A stretch of 64,000 nt of DNA. Origin: Haplodiscus bocki (Eukaryota). Both the position numbers and the translations under genes were made by a program. The DNA lies in assembly GCA_965655095.1 (NCBI GenBank), contig OZ296657.1:66030001-66094000 (forward strand). Direction: 5' to 3'. This document shows positions 27,901 to 39,079 of the stretch, one piece after another (the stretch's first letter is position 1; each line of letters opens with the position of its first letter). The notes beneath the pieces were generated by a model. The model made no database searches. It was not told the origin of the DNA and worked only from the letters and a program-made list of their open reading frames with translations.

Positions 27901-29600
27901 GGAACATAATGAGTCTATTTTTTTTTGAGGATAGTTTTTTCCGGTTTTTTTATTTCCCTGAAATTTACCAGGTTAGTGGAGGCTTCTCACGAGTTTTCTC
28001 GGGGAGTTTCTGCTGGAGTTCACCGTTTCGTTTTTTGTCTTCACTGACGCTGGTCGACGAACGTCACGAATTGCAAAACGATGAAGAAACTTCTCCGTGA
28101 CTAAATCAGTTTCCGAGATGTCTTTCGAATTTTTTTGGCGTCAGTTTATGTCTCGTTACGTGTGGAAACTAAGAAAACCGCATTGGGACCAAGGCGATAA
28201 CTTTCGAAACTGTGGCTTCCGACGTAATTTGTGGTCTTTCTGAGGAAAACAAAGTCGAGAAGATCATACTTTAATAGCTTTCATCTTCCATCTTCGATGT
28301 CTTTCCCATCACTTTGAGCGAACATGACCGACTTGATCCCTGAATACCATCAAGTTTGGAGCTCGTCATTCGAAGTTGTTTGAACACGTCAACACTGAGA
28401 GTGTTTTTTAAGTAATGCAACTAACCATATGATTTCCCTTTCACCAAGTCGCCAAGTTTTCTTTTCCCGGACCTTCTTGTGTAAAAAATCAGTTGATGCA
28501 GTAAACAATTGAGGCAAATTTTGAATTTGAGGGCAATTAAACAATGAAAAGTCGCAAGCATAGCTTTGGTTGATAGTAGATATCAAAAATATCCAAAGAG
28601 CGGTACAAGAGAACGAGATTTACCACCTTATAAATTATTGGGGACACTTTTTTCAAACTTTGGCATTCATTGATATCTACCAGTGCGGTTGAGACCTTTG
28701 ACATTTTCGCCGATTGTGTTATTCTTGGATTTCAAAACATAATTTTTTTCCTGCGGCAACCGACAAAACAGGTTGGTATTGACGCCAGAGAAAAAGATGC
28801 TGCCGCTTTCCATCGGAAGTATATTCAGCACCTTCTTTTGTATTTAAGATCAAAGAGCAATCCAAATGAAAACGTAATTTTGAAAAATAGGGCGAATTCA
28901 ATTTTTGTTGATATTCAATTGCGAAAAACCCAAAAAAACTGTCAGGGACTCCTCGAGAATTCTCCACTCAGCAGCCGACAAGTTGGCAATGAAGACACAA
29001 AGAAACATGCTGATTGCATTCATCAGAAGAAAATCCAAGTTCATTTTGTAGTTAACAGCAAAGTATCAGCAAAAAGGAAAATTTAATGTAAAAACTACAC
29101 AAATATAGCTTCTGGTAGATTTGAGCAGCGAATAACTCAAAAAACGGTCAGTGAGGCCGCCAGAAATTGTTGATAAAGACTTTGGCTACCTAAATTTTTA
29201 AATTTTTTTTGAGGACTGTTCGTGTGGTTCTTTTGAGTCCCATGAAAACTACTGGCTCAATCGATGCCTTTTACGGCTTCAACCAGTAAATTTTTGCCGG
29301 GAACAAAGATTTTTCGATAATATCCAATGCAAAGCCCGTCGAGAGACGTCACGAAATTCAATAATAATAATGGTTTTTCTCTATGACTAATAGAGACTCC
29401 CTTGGGTCTTTTGACATTTACCGCATCATTATACGTCTGGTACGTATGGAATTCTTTTAACAACATGGACCAAAAGTGATAAGTTTCAGCATATCGGATT
29501 TTGACACTATCAGTCATAATCCTGAGGAACAAAATGTCCAGATGAGTTACATTTTTCAGCTTCCATTTTCCTGTTTCGATGTTTTTCAACTACATTCAAC
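24940..29600. repeat. Ancient degenerate tandem array: ~350-bp units plus three ~1.2-1.3-kb higher-order units
   Basis: Anchor gtcc.tttgagg..ttgac recurs at ~25089, 25442, 25799, 26149 and 26500 (spacing 350-357), then ~27635, 28685 and 29255. Anchor aaactgca..ggtgatttt recurs at ~25291, 25647, 25993, 26346 and 26608. A second block gtcga..gacgtcacgaaatt..gtctttcgaattt..gggacca..ctgagg recurs at 26849, 28053 and 29338. Confidence 0.8.
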
Positions 29601-29699
29601 GCACCTGGATTAAAAAGACCAAGTATCAGGTGGGCCACAGAAAAAATCACTGTATTAGGAGTGTGAGGCCATGCGTTTCGGCAGGGCTGCTTTGGATAC

Positions 29700-30360
29700 T
29701 TCAAGAAAGTTGATATAGTGAAATTCACTTGTTTTTCATGGTTTGTAAAAACTGTCCGAATTTTTTGAGGTTGTGGAATTTGGAAACGGCGTATAATTTG
29801 AGTTAATGTGATTCTTCAAGGAATCACAATGAGAACGCCCCTACACCCTAAAGGACATCAAGGTTGACGCCACAAATGACACCACGGTAATCCACTGATA
29901 TCCAACGTTTTTCCTAGTTGAAACATGTAGTCTTTAGGTTGGCAAACCGGAACTCTGATATATTTCGTCCAACTTTATCTAAAGTGATTCTGCGTGAGGT
30001 TACGATACGGACGCTGCCGAGTTTAAGGGAAGCATTGGAGAGACATCTCAAAATCGGAGTCAATCTCTTATATCAAATCTTTTAGCTTTTTTCCAACAGG
30101 TCTTCAATCCCTCCACAATCCAAGCCTGACCTTGTGAAAAAGATATCGGACAGTCCATAAAAACTTCATTAAATGAGATTAAAGAAAGATTATGGAGTCC
30201 CAACTGAGCAAAATTCTTGATGTTCGAGAAAAGCGCATTTCTAAAATTGTTGACCAATTTTCAGCGTTTTTTTCTAAATTTCCTGAGTGATTTGGGGCCG
30301 TAAAAACCAATAGCAACGTTTGTACAGCTGTTTGAGAAGTGATGTTGATGAAAATTTCGG
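29700..30360 (-). pseudogene. Polinton retroviral-like integrase relic
   Basis: LLKQLYKR / YGPKSLRKF / SFNEVFMD..IVEGLKTCWKKAKRFD resemble the Polinton INT N-terminus (LxxLY..YGS..NEIWxMDL..NNGVKYLL..DxF). Very decayed. Confidence 0.4.
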
Positions 30361-30588
30361 GAGAAGACGCAAATTGAGAGCGATATTACGGCGAGACACC
30401 ACGAAAAACAGTTTCGTTGTTTTTTCGTCTTTTTCATGACTTTCATCTCATCCAAAGTTTTCGAGGTCAGGAAAATCAAATAAGCCAAGTATTTTGAGCT
30501 ACGGTGATTCCATACGTGGTTTTGATGGGAAACCACTGCTGGGATGAACGCCCATTAAGTCATTCAAAACCGGGAGCTGCTCCTACTC

Positions 30589-31350
30589 CTAGGTATCCTT
30601 TGCGTTACGCACCATCATCTTTTTCAAACTCGAGTTTCCATTTGTGAAAAAAAGGTCTTCTCTGTGAAAAGTTTTTTTTTCAGCTCCATGAACAACTGAG
30701 GATTTGTTTGCCCTGAGTTTCTTTGTACTATGAAAGGTACATCTTGCTTCCTCGCCAAATTTATCAGCAGGAAATACAAACAAATTCCTCGAAACGTAGT
30801 CAGGGCTTACAGCAGAATGATAAAAAAACAAGTGTATGTTTTTCAGCAACTTTATCAGAAACTAAATTTTCATAGTAGCCACTGGGAACCGTATGAATAT
30901 TGAGTTCGGTCGTGAAAAGGGCACAACAAACCTTGCTGTGTATGATCTTGAGCCGCAGGCTTCCCCTGAAAAGATAGAGTTGAGTGCGCGCGTATAGGAT
31001 ACAGTATCAAAACAGCAGGTGCCCACATTACACCAGTGTCAAGTTGATCGATTGACTCCACCACTAAACCAATTTTGCGTTTTTTGCAGAATGTACAATC
31101 GGGTGTTTTTATTCCAATCTAAAACTGTTGGTCAGCAATAAAATTTTTTCAAGTGTGTTTTTGTACGTTAGCCATTAAAAAAGTTGCAAACGGCCGTTCA
31201 TCTTCTGCTCATAGGACGTCGGAGGACATGCGTATGAATTGACTTTAATCCAAGAAAAAAATCGTTTTCTTACATATCGGGAACAAAAGCAAAGGATATT
31301 TCCAATTCAACTCCAGCTGAGTCACACTGAACTCCCCACTCCATTCCAGA
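30589..31350 (-). pseudogene. Possible older cysteine-protease-like remnants
   Basis: FVFPADKFGEEARCTF (cf. GxFPxD..TFAI), KTIFFLD*S (cf. LYFxDSxG) and QSINLTLV*CGH (cf. LQ..CG). Confidence 0.25.
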
Positions 31351-31867
31351 TGATGTGGCTCTTCTTTACCGTTACGGGGCCACAATTCTGTTTTTCCATT
31401 TGAACTTCTGTTCGTTCCAATTTTTGCATCTTCTAAAGAAATTAGTCCTAGTATCCGCCGAATCTTTTCTCATGAAGGGTTCTTGTGGACTTGTAGATCT
31501 TGTGAATATCGTCTTCTAGTGACAACGTCATGGAAACATCGGCATTAAGCTTTGATTTTCCGACAAACCTAGCAAGCGTAACTCATCTCACTGATATTTG
31601 GATCTTTCCAACCACGCGTCAATAGGATCAGGTTGACTGTCAACGTTACTTGGCAGTTTTGTTTGTTTGTTATCGGAACATGTAAGAGTGATATCTACAA
31701 AACGACTGTCTGGCCAGCATGATGCAAATATGAACTTCCAAAAACTTTGAATTCGCAAATGGCCTGTCATCTGCTAAGAAGCTTGGCTCTGAATGTCATC
31801 ACTTCATACCCAAGGCAGTGAATCAACTTCTTTTTTTTTGAAACGTTTTAGTTCTCCGCATGTCGTA

Positions 31868-32395
31868 TTAGTTCCACCCAACTGTCATGAACGCTTTGAA
31901 TGCCTTTTGTGAAGAAAAACCGGGCTGCAAATTTGTTCCAAAAATGTTGGCATCGCGCGGGTCAAAATTCGCATATAAATTTATACTGATTTCATCAAGT
32001 GAAGCCGATTGAAGAGGGTAAATAAGAAAAGATAGAGTATTTTTGTAGCCAAAATACATACCTCGTGATACCCAAAGAGTGCATTGAACAGCAGCAGGGA
32101 GCAATGCTGCTTCAATATGGTAAGATCTTCGTCTTCTGCGATACTCTGTTGACTCACGAGAAATTGAATTTTTTTGGTTGTGCATTGAGGCGGCATGAAT
32201 TTTGTTCAACTTCAGCGATTTAGTTAAATCGATTTTGAAGTTGACATTTTGGACTAAAAAAGAACGTGGTTGGAAAGCAAGGAAAGTGTACATATTGTCA
32301 TCACAAGGTGACAACATTGTAGTGTGAAGATCATTGAACAGTTTCGAGCAGGAACAAGTCAGGAACCCGATCACGTGACTGATATGGGTAACCAA
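31868..32395 (-). pseudogene. 175-aa ORF, possibly the N-terminal part of a Polinton major capsid protein
   Basis: Long ORF inside the Polinton region. DDNMYTF..FKIDLTKSLKL and KNTLSFLI..ISINL loosely follow the MCP pattern IEF..YVDL..LxLKL..NNxLHSLF. Confidence 0.25.
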
Positions 32396-33699
32396 ATGAA
32401 CTTATAGTGCGAGCAAATGTAGACACGCCAAGGAGGGCAATTTGACAACACTCCGCTTCCAGCAAATTGGGCTTACTTTTTGATCAAGAGAAGGTCACAT
32501 CTCCTTGAAGAACAACTTCCGTTCTGTCACTACGTAGTTGGTATCTTTCTGCACTGTTTCAACACATCATGAAGACTCTGCTAAAAACAAAAAAAGGATT
32601 TTCGAAACCTATCTATGCTTTTCCCCGTGCGGAATGTGACGATTTAACTAGCAATAAAGAGACTGATAGTAGATTAGCTAACACCTTTCAATTCGTGCCT
32701 GATCTCGAAACCTAGAATTTATCCAGCAATCCCATCGTTTTTGAAGGCTTTTTTTGCCAGATTAAGGCTGTGAACAATCCTCTAAGACACGGGAAGTGTT
32801 GCTTTGTGAAATGATTTTCTGAACTCAAAGAGCAGCAATCTAGTAGATTGCACAAAGAGACCACTTGGTTCAGATCCACTAGTTTATCATGACGCATGCG
32901 ACTCAGGTCTGACGACGAGACAAGATCTGGGAACGCAACTTTTCATCAATTCATCAAGCTCGCCCAAACGTTCACCACACCAGTTCAGAGATGTTTCCAA
33001 ACACCAGAGAATCGTTTTTGACGATAAAGACGAAAGAACAAAAGTAAGGTTTTCTTCAGCAGTGAGCCACGTTGTCAGGTCAGGGGAAATTCTGTCAGCT
33101 ACTCCCCATGGACGCCACACAAACAAAATTTTTCGCCACGAAAATCCCGTTTTCAGCAGGTAAAAGGGTTATTTCGAAAAATTTGAACACTTGCTTCTCA
33201 ATGACTCGCCTCTACAACAACACCGGATTAGACACAAGGATATTTTGCATTTTTACACAGCATTCTCCCAGGTAAAACCATCAATGTCTGGCAAAACCTA
33301 TGGACCACCTGAAAAACGTGCGTCCTCAGTCTCGTCAAAACTTTTTTTCAGAAACTTCAACGAAGTCTCCAAATTCAAACAAAACTAACTCAATTCTTAC
33401 TAAGCTAAAATTGTTTTCCTTAAACGCACAAGAACTTCAAGAAGACGGCAAAACATGCCCATTGAATTTGAAGCCTCTGAAGTTGTAGATACCCTAAGTT
33501 TTCGCATTCTGGCCCTCCTGGATAAACATAAGCTAACCACTGGGGAGAAAGATGGCGCATCAGTTGAAGAGACCAAAAACTTTTCGAGGAAGGTCTTATT
33601 ATCAGCAAAAAGGACCCCGGCAGGCACAAAATATGCCATTCATCGAAATATCTTCTCGAAAAGACGTATCTGAAAAAAAACAACCACCATCCCACAGCA

Positions 33700-35700
33700 A
33701 ATAAACAATCAAAGTGTAAAGGATTGATCAATAACGTGGCAAGGGAGGCCACAAAAAATGAGAGCGCTGGAGTCAACTACCTCAGAAAATCTGTGGAGAA
33801 CCTCAACCAAACGAACGATAAAATACAAAGTGGTCAGCATTCCATGTAGGAACACTGTTTAGAACAATCGGAAAAAACATAACAACAAAGTAGAAAGATA
33901 TGAGAAATAAGTGAGCACAACGTATGTCGGTATTCTGCTACAGTCTTCCGTAAGTGGAAAAAAATCCTGTCTTGAACTGCTGGAGACAAACAGCACTTGG
34001 CCACGAACCCCCATGAAATCGCAAATGATGCAACCGAGAAGAAAAACCCAACCACCCATGCACTTGATAAAAACACTCAACCCGAATGGGATTAACTTTG
34101 AGAGAAAATGTACCCGCATCGTCGAAGTGATAAGATGCTAGAGAAAAAAGTCGCCCCATCAACGGACAAGAGAGTCACAAGTTGTTAACCGTTACTCTCT
34201 GGCTGTATCGGAGTGATCACATGCTGTACTTACCAAGGGAAGTTTGTGATTGCGGAAAATCTTGCCCCTCTTTATACAAGTACCAATCGAAGTGCCCTGT
34301 CTGAAAAGTAGTTATACCATTTTCTCACTACTTCTTCACCTTCACTTTATGAAATGCCGGCCCGAGTGAAAAATCATATTGCCAACGGACTCATTTTGCA
34401 AGACAGAAGCAATTCGTACTTTTACCTTTCATCAAATAAATATTCTTCGAAGAACCTTCTCTAGTATTGCCAACTTTGGTCACTCTTCTGATCGGCTAGT
34501 ATCATCGCAGAAAACTTTACCACTCACTCGACCGGAAACACAACTTTGTTTGTTTCCGGGACTTGTTTTTTCAATGCGAACTTGAGTGTGAGAATTTTGG
34601 TTGTGGAACTTTTCACTCGAAACACTGCACAATGTTACTGTTTGTCCACTCCAACAAGTAAAAGTGCCAATTGCTGCAGCAATAGAAATCGAAACTTCCC
34701 TGACAACGACTGAAACTACATACACTTTTCTTTCAAGATTGAACTAAACTCTCACACCAGCGCTGGTTTAGGTTCACATGGTTCTAAATCACTAACCCGA
34801 AGTCACGCACGCTTACTTCAGCCATAGCGCAAATGTTCTCTACTTCAAGATCATCATACTTGAGGAAGCTAGTCACTTGCAAGTCAAGTCAGGGGAACAA
34901 TTCAAGTCTGCTTCTGATACAAATACGAGAACGTAGTCAACAAGCGCTTCCAATGTCTAAGCACACCTGTCACAACGTTGGTACCCAAACCTGTAAGACC
35001 TTCTCGGTTCCACCAACAGTCAATGTGATTCCGCGACTAACCTATGGCAAAAAACCACAGCTCAATCAACGGTAAAAAAGGGAATCTGTACTGAATGACA
35101 AACAACGCCAACCTTTTTTGGATCACCTCACCTGGAACCACTGTCAACCCAGGCAATAGCAGAACAGTTACTGGTTAAGTATCAGAAATGTATTGATAGA
35201 CAATGGCGCACACAGGTATTAACTACGACTTCACAATTACTTCAACGCCGAAAAACAAGCGAGTATGTTCACTTTGTTAGTGCGCACCAACGAATATCAA
35301 GGAGGAGGTAGTAATTGAGTTCGTCCTGCAACATGTTGATGGTGTAATAAAAATCTTGACTCCACCAAGCACCTGTCGCCCACTGTTGCTTAACGTAAAT
35401 CTAACGGAGAAATCAGAAAAACTGTTGCGCTCACGCGAAAAACTCACCGCATCAAGCATAACTACAAACAGCACTACCAGTGAAACAGGATGAACGCTAA
35501 TACCGCTCAGGACAGCGCAATAGAAAAGTGAGTTTGTACACTTGACTTTTCTCAAGCTTACAACTGCCTGCAGAAAGCACTCGGGTAGAAAAGCCAACAA
35601 CTTTTCGTCACTTTTGCTGCACACATAATTACGTACCATTAGTTTGCCCATCATCTTAACACGATAATTCGATCAGTAACGTTTTTTTCCGAGAATAAAT
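33700..35700 (+). mobile_element. Gypsy gag-PR-RT fragment within the Polinton region
   Basis: Protease-like APLYTSTNRSALSE (~34265). RT N-terminal half: EQLLVKYQK / TGINYDFTITSTPK / APTNIKEEVVIEFVLQHVDGVIKIL (35160-35360). Ends before YxDD. Confidence 0.65.
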
Positions 35701-36429
35701 ATAAGTAGTATGAAAGTCAGCCTTTCTGGAGGGGTTGGTGGTGGTCCCTCCTTCCTTAAACATAGGATATAGGTTTCGAAAACTAAGTTATGGTTGAAAT
35801 CGGTGTCCGAAAATCGAGAACCCTTCCCGGAAGTGACGATGTTACGAGAGATGAATATGTTGACATAGGGTCAAAGTATGTCTTTTGCTGAGTCAAGACA
35901 AGCAATGTATAAAGATAAGAATAGATGTGTGTATGTTTGGCATGTGTACAGAAAGGGAGTGCTTGTAGTAGTGTAAAGGGGATACAGGCAACCAGGAGGC
36001 GAAGACCTTATGTTTTCAAAATAGTTGATAGGATCCGTCAGGCGGGAGCCGAGAAGCTTTCTCAGCTCCTGTGTGATTTTTTTTTTGGCTAGCGAGGTTT
36101 AAAATACATGACGGCTGGGTGACAATCAAACAGGAAAACTGTTTCTTTTACGTTTTTTGGGCTGTTGACTGGCCAAGCTGATGATTAATATTGTGCCAAA
36201 ATAATTATCACTCCCGCTATTGACTAATAGAGCTGCGGTTTGAATAGAATGCCCTGAGTTTTTTAATTGTTCCTTTGGAAAGTTCAAAAGACTTAGTTAG
36301 AGCTCTGATTTCTTGCTATGTGAATAGATTGAAATTATCTTCATAAAATTTAAGTTAATAGTGCAGGTTTTGACAAAAACCATCTGTAACTTGCACATTT
36401 TTTTTGAAAAAAACTTAAAATGATAGATG

Positions 36430-36800
36430 TAGAAACTTATAAGAGAAAGAAAATTAACGTCGTGAACTCCAAGCATTTCCTCAAGAAATATGACACTGCA
36501 TACATTGTCTAAAGGTCACAATTGCTCGTATTGGTTTGAAATTATTGCGGCATCATCTGCTTGTAGTGCCGCGAATGCCAACTCTACATTGCAAATCCGA
36601 GAGAGTCGGGAAAGTACATTTTGTGCCAAGAGTTTGCAACTATTCTCCAGTGCTCACCCGCGCTTTGCTGAGTTGCGTATTTACAATGGCAAAAGTCTCA
36701 TCCCGAAGATTTGAAGAAGTTGAAGGGATTGAGCCGCGGTAAAACACTTGATTAGAAGGAATCGATCATATATCTGCTACAGACCAACGCTAAGCATTTT
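36430..36800 (-). pseudogene. Polinton/adintovirus adenain-like cysteine protease
   Basis: FYRGSIPSTSSNLRDETFAIVNTQLSKA / GEHWRIVANSWHKMYFPDSLG / HYKQMMPQ*FQTNTSNC retains the GxHW, DSLG and Q-x5-C catalytic motifs, with frameshifts and stops. Confidence 0.85.
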
Positions 36801-36804
36801 TCAG

Positions 36805-37480
36805 ATTCTTGCCAATCACGCTAAAGTTGTAAACCGCAACAAAAAAAGTTCTTTCTCACAAGACAATGAGTTCTGTAACATGTTCTAGGGGATAAGTAAA
36901 GTTTAGGTCCAGTCTAAGTGCTCTTCCAACTAGTTCAGGGTAGGGTCGAGTTTTGGTAGCATTTCGCATTGAATTGAATTCAAAAACCAGTTCATAAAGG
37001 TCTTTCAGCTTATCAATGGGAATTTATGCGATATCATTCTGAGAGTTCAATGCTTTCATTGTCAAAAAATGAAAACAACAGTTTTCAGCAGCTTCGTTGT
37101 CTACAATTAGCTGAACACAACTGAGTATTAAATTTTGTTTTAGATCGAATTGCTGATTGCAGAATGGAATTTATGGGTACCATCCAGTTAACCCACTGGA
37201 TCCACTGCGATCCGCCGTTTTCAGTGCAGTAGCAAGCCGCTGAACTGGAGCTTTGTTAGAGAGGTTTTCTGGAACAAAGTGGGTTTGTTCATAAGGATTG
37301 ATGAAAGTGTCTGAGAGAGCCACCAAAAAAATGAAATCCACATAAGTGTATTCAAGCAGGTCCATTCTCTGCTGTGATGATCAACCTTGAAAGCAATATG
37401 ACGAGTGAATAGTGAACAATCAACGGTTGCAAGAAAAACAGCAAACAACAGTTGCTAGATACATGATTGTCAGGAATTTT
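36805..37480 (-). pseudogene. Polinton/adintovirus major capsid protein, C-terminal part
   Basis: VDCSLFTRHIAFKVDHH / MDLLEYTYVDFIFLVALSDTFINPYEQTHFVPENLSNKAPVQRLATAL..PFCNQQFDL..TMKALNSQNDIA*IPIDKLKDLYELVFEFNSM..YPELVGRALRLDLNFTYPLEHVTELIVL. Sits directly upstream of the protease. Confidence 0.85.
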
Positions 37481-37489
37481 CCATTTCTA

Positions 37490-38400
37490 TTCATCGCAGC
37501 CCTTGTTGTCCTCTCCAGGACAAAAGACATCTCCATTAACGTCTCCAATTGCTTTTTGTGTCTCTTCAAGAAAGTAAATACTTTGGTTACACATAAGAAA
37601 GTACAATTTTGTTTGAATTTCAAAAGGGAAATTTTCGCACTTGAAACAAGGGCGCAAAGTTTCACGGATTGTGTTTTTTCGGAGAGTAGAAGTTCCCAAT
37701 AAGCTCAATATTGATATTGTCATAGCATTTACAACGATAGAGTGTGCTCTATGTGATGAGCGTTCTCAAGTAGTGCACCAGTGTATGCAATTATCATCAA
37801 TTCTTGTAAAAGTGTTGAACTTTGCGATGGACAGACTTGAAAATTTCCGTAAGTTTCAACTGATTGCCGCCTCTTTCATACTTTTTGGTTGAAAAGATGC
37901 AATAATTGTTCCTTTAAAAACAGAATTTTTTTGGAATGTACCTAATGGAAAGTTCAAGGATTGATTAATTGTCCGCTTGTTAGCTTGATCAAAAGCTTTC
38001 AGAAATTCGCCCAAACTGTCGACCAAAAAACCACGTTCTTCTCTGGAAATAACTATTTCGTCTTGGATGATACGACGCTGCTGTGTCTTCAAAACAGAAA
38101 ACCGGAACATTTTGGTCGTAACAGATTCGTTTGCAGAGCCTGTGGTAATTTGTGTTTTTCGTTAATGGGACTGGGAATCTTTGAAACTGTTTCGGTGAAA
38201 ATATCTATCTACGTCCATTTCGTCCAAGTTTTTTTCTGGTACTTCTTCGTAAAAAGATGACAGTTTGAACAAACTGCACATTTGCATTCTGACAGACACC
38301 AACTGCGTTTAGTCTGTGCGTTTGAACAAAATGGTGTTTCCGGTGGCATAGCCGTAAAAACGATGCTCTTTTGTTCGGAATTTCGATTTCCAACGAGAGC
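37490..38400 (-). pseudogene. Uncharacterised Polinton accessory gene remnants
   Basis: Coding-like fragments (e.g. FRFSVLKTQQRRIIQDEIVISREERGFLVDSLGEFLKAFDQA) between the capsid and PolB genes. Confidence 0.35.
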
Positions 38401-39079
38401 AACGCTTTTATTGCAAAGAATCAGGTTTAATTAGTTCGGCGTTGACTAAATTTTTTTGGAATGCTGTCTAGTGATTGAGAGGTAGACAGGTTCTTTTGGT
38501 CAATGGAAGAACTTACGTCGACGAATCCAAAAAACGGAAGATCTTAACCACTACAAGATGGTCTTTTCCAAAATGAGCAAGTTCATGGTTTACGTTTTCA
38601 TGAAAGTCTTTCAGATTGACAGTTGAGACTAAGTTAAATGTGTTTAGCGAGAGTTTTCTCAAACAACTTATTTCCCTATCATGCAAACTTGTTGCAATTC
38701 AGTGAATTTATCCAAAACTACTTCTCCACTTGCGATGATGAAAAAAATACGTACTTCCACTTTCCGACTTGACCAAATACAAACGCTTCCTCGCCGAATC
38801 TGAGACGGAGAAGGAGGGAAATAGAGTTTTCATTTTTGCAAAAGATTCTCTAAAATCGCACTTGTTGATTTGTTGATTAAAAAGTTCGAACTGGTGATAG
38901 AGAGTCTCAAATGTGAATATAAGTTGAATGCAGATTTTGAATTTGTTCCCATAAGTGTGGAGGGTGGTGAATATTGAATTTAGAATTGACAAACTGACGG
39001 ATCGATCGAAATTCACGACTCTAGAAGAAGTTTTGTCAGAAATCAAGAGTTTCCTGAAAAACATCGAACTGATTCAATT

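Noticed and set aside
24940-29600. Repeat-spacer (CRISPR- or cassette-like) system
   Set aside because: Similarity extends across entire units rather than short repeats with unique spacers.
35720-36300. Non-LTR RT fragment on the minus strand (YIACLDSAK)
   Set aside because: A single weak motif is not enough to call.
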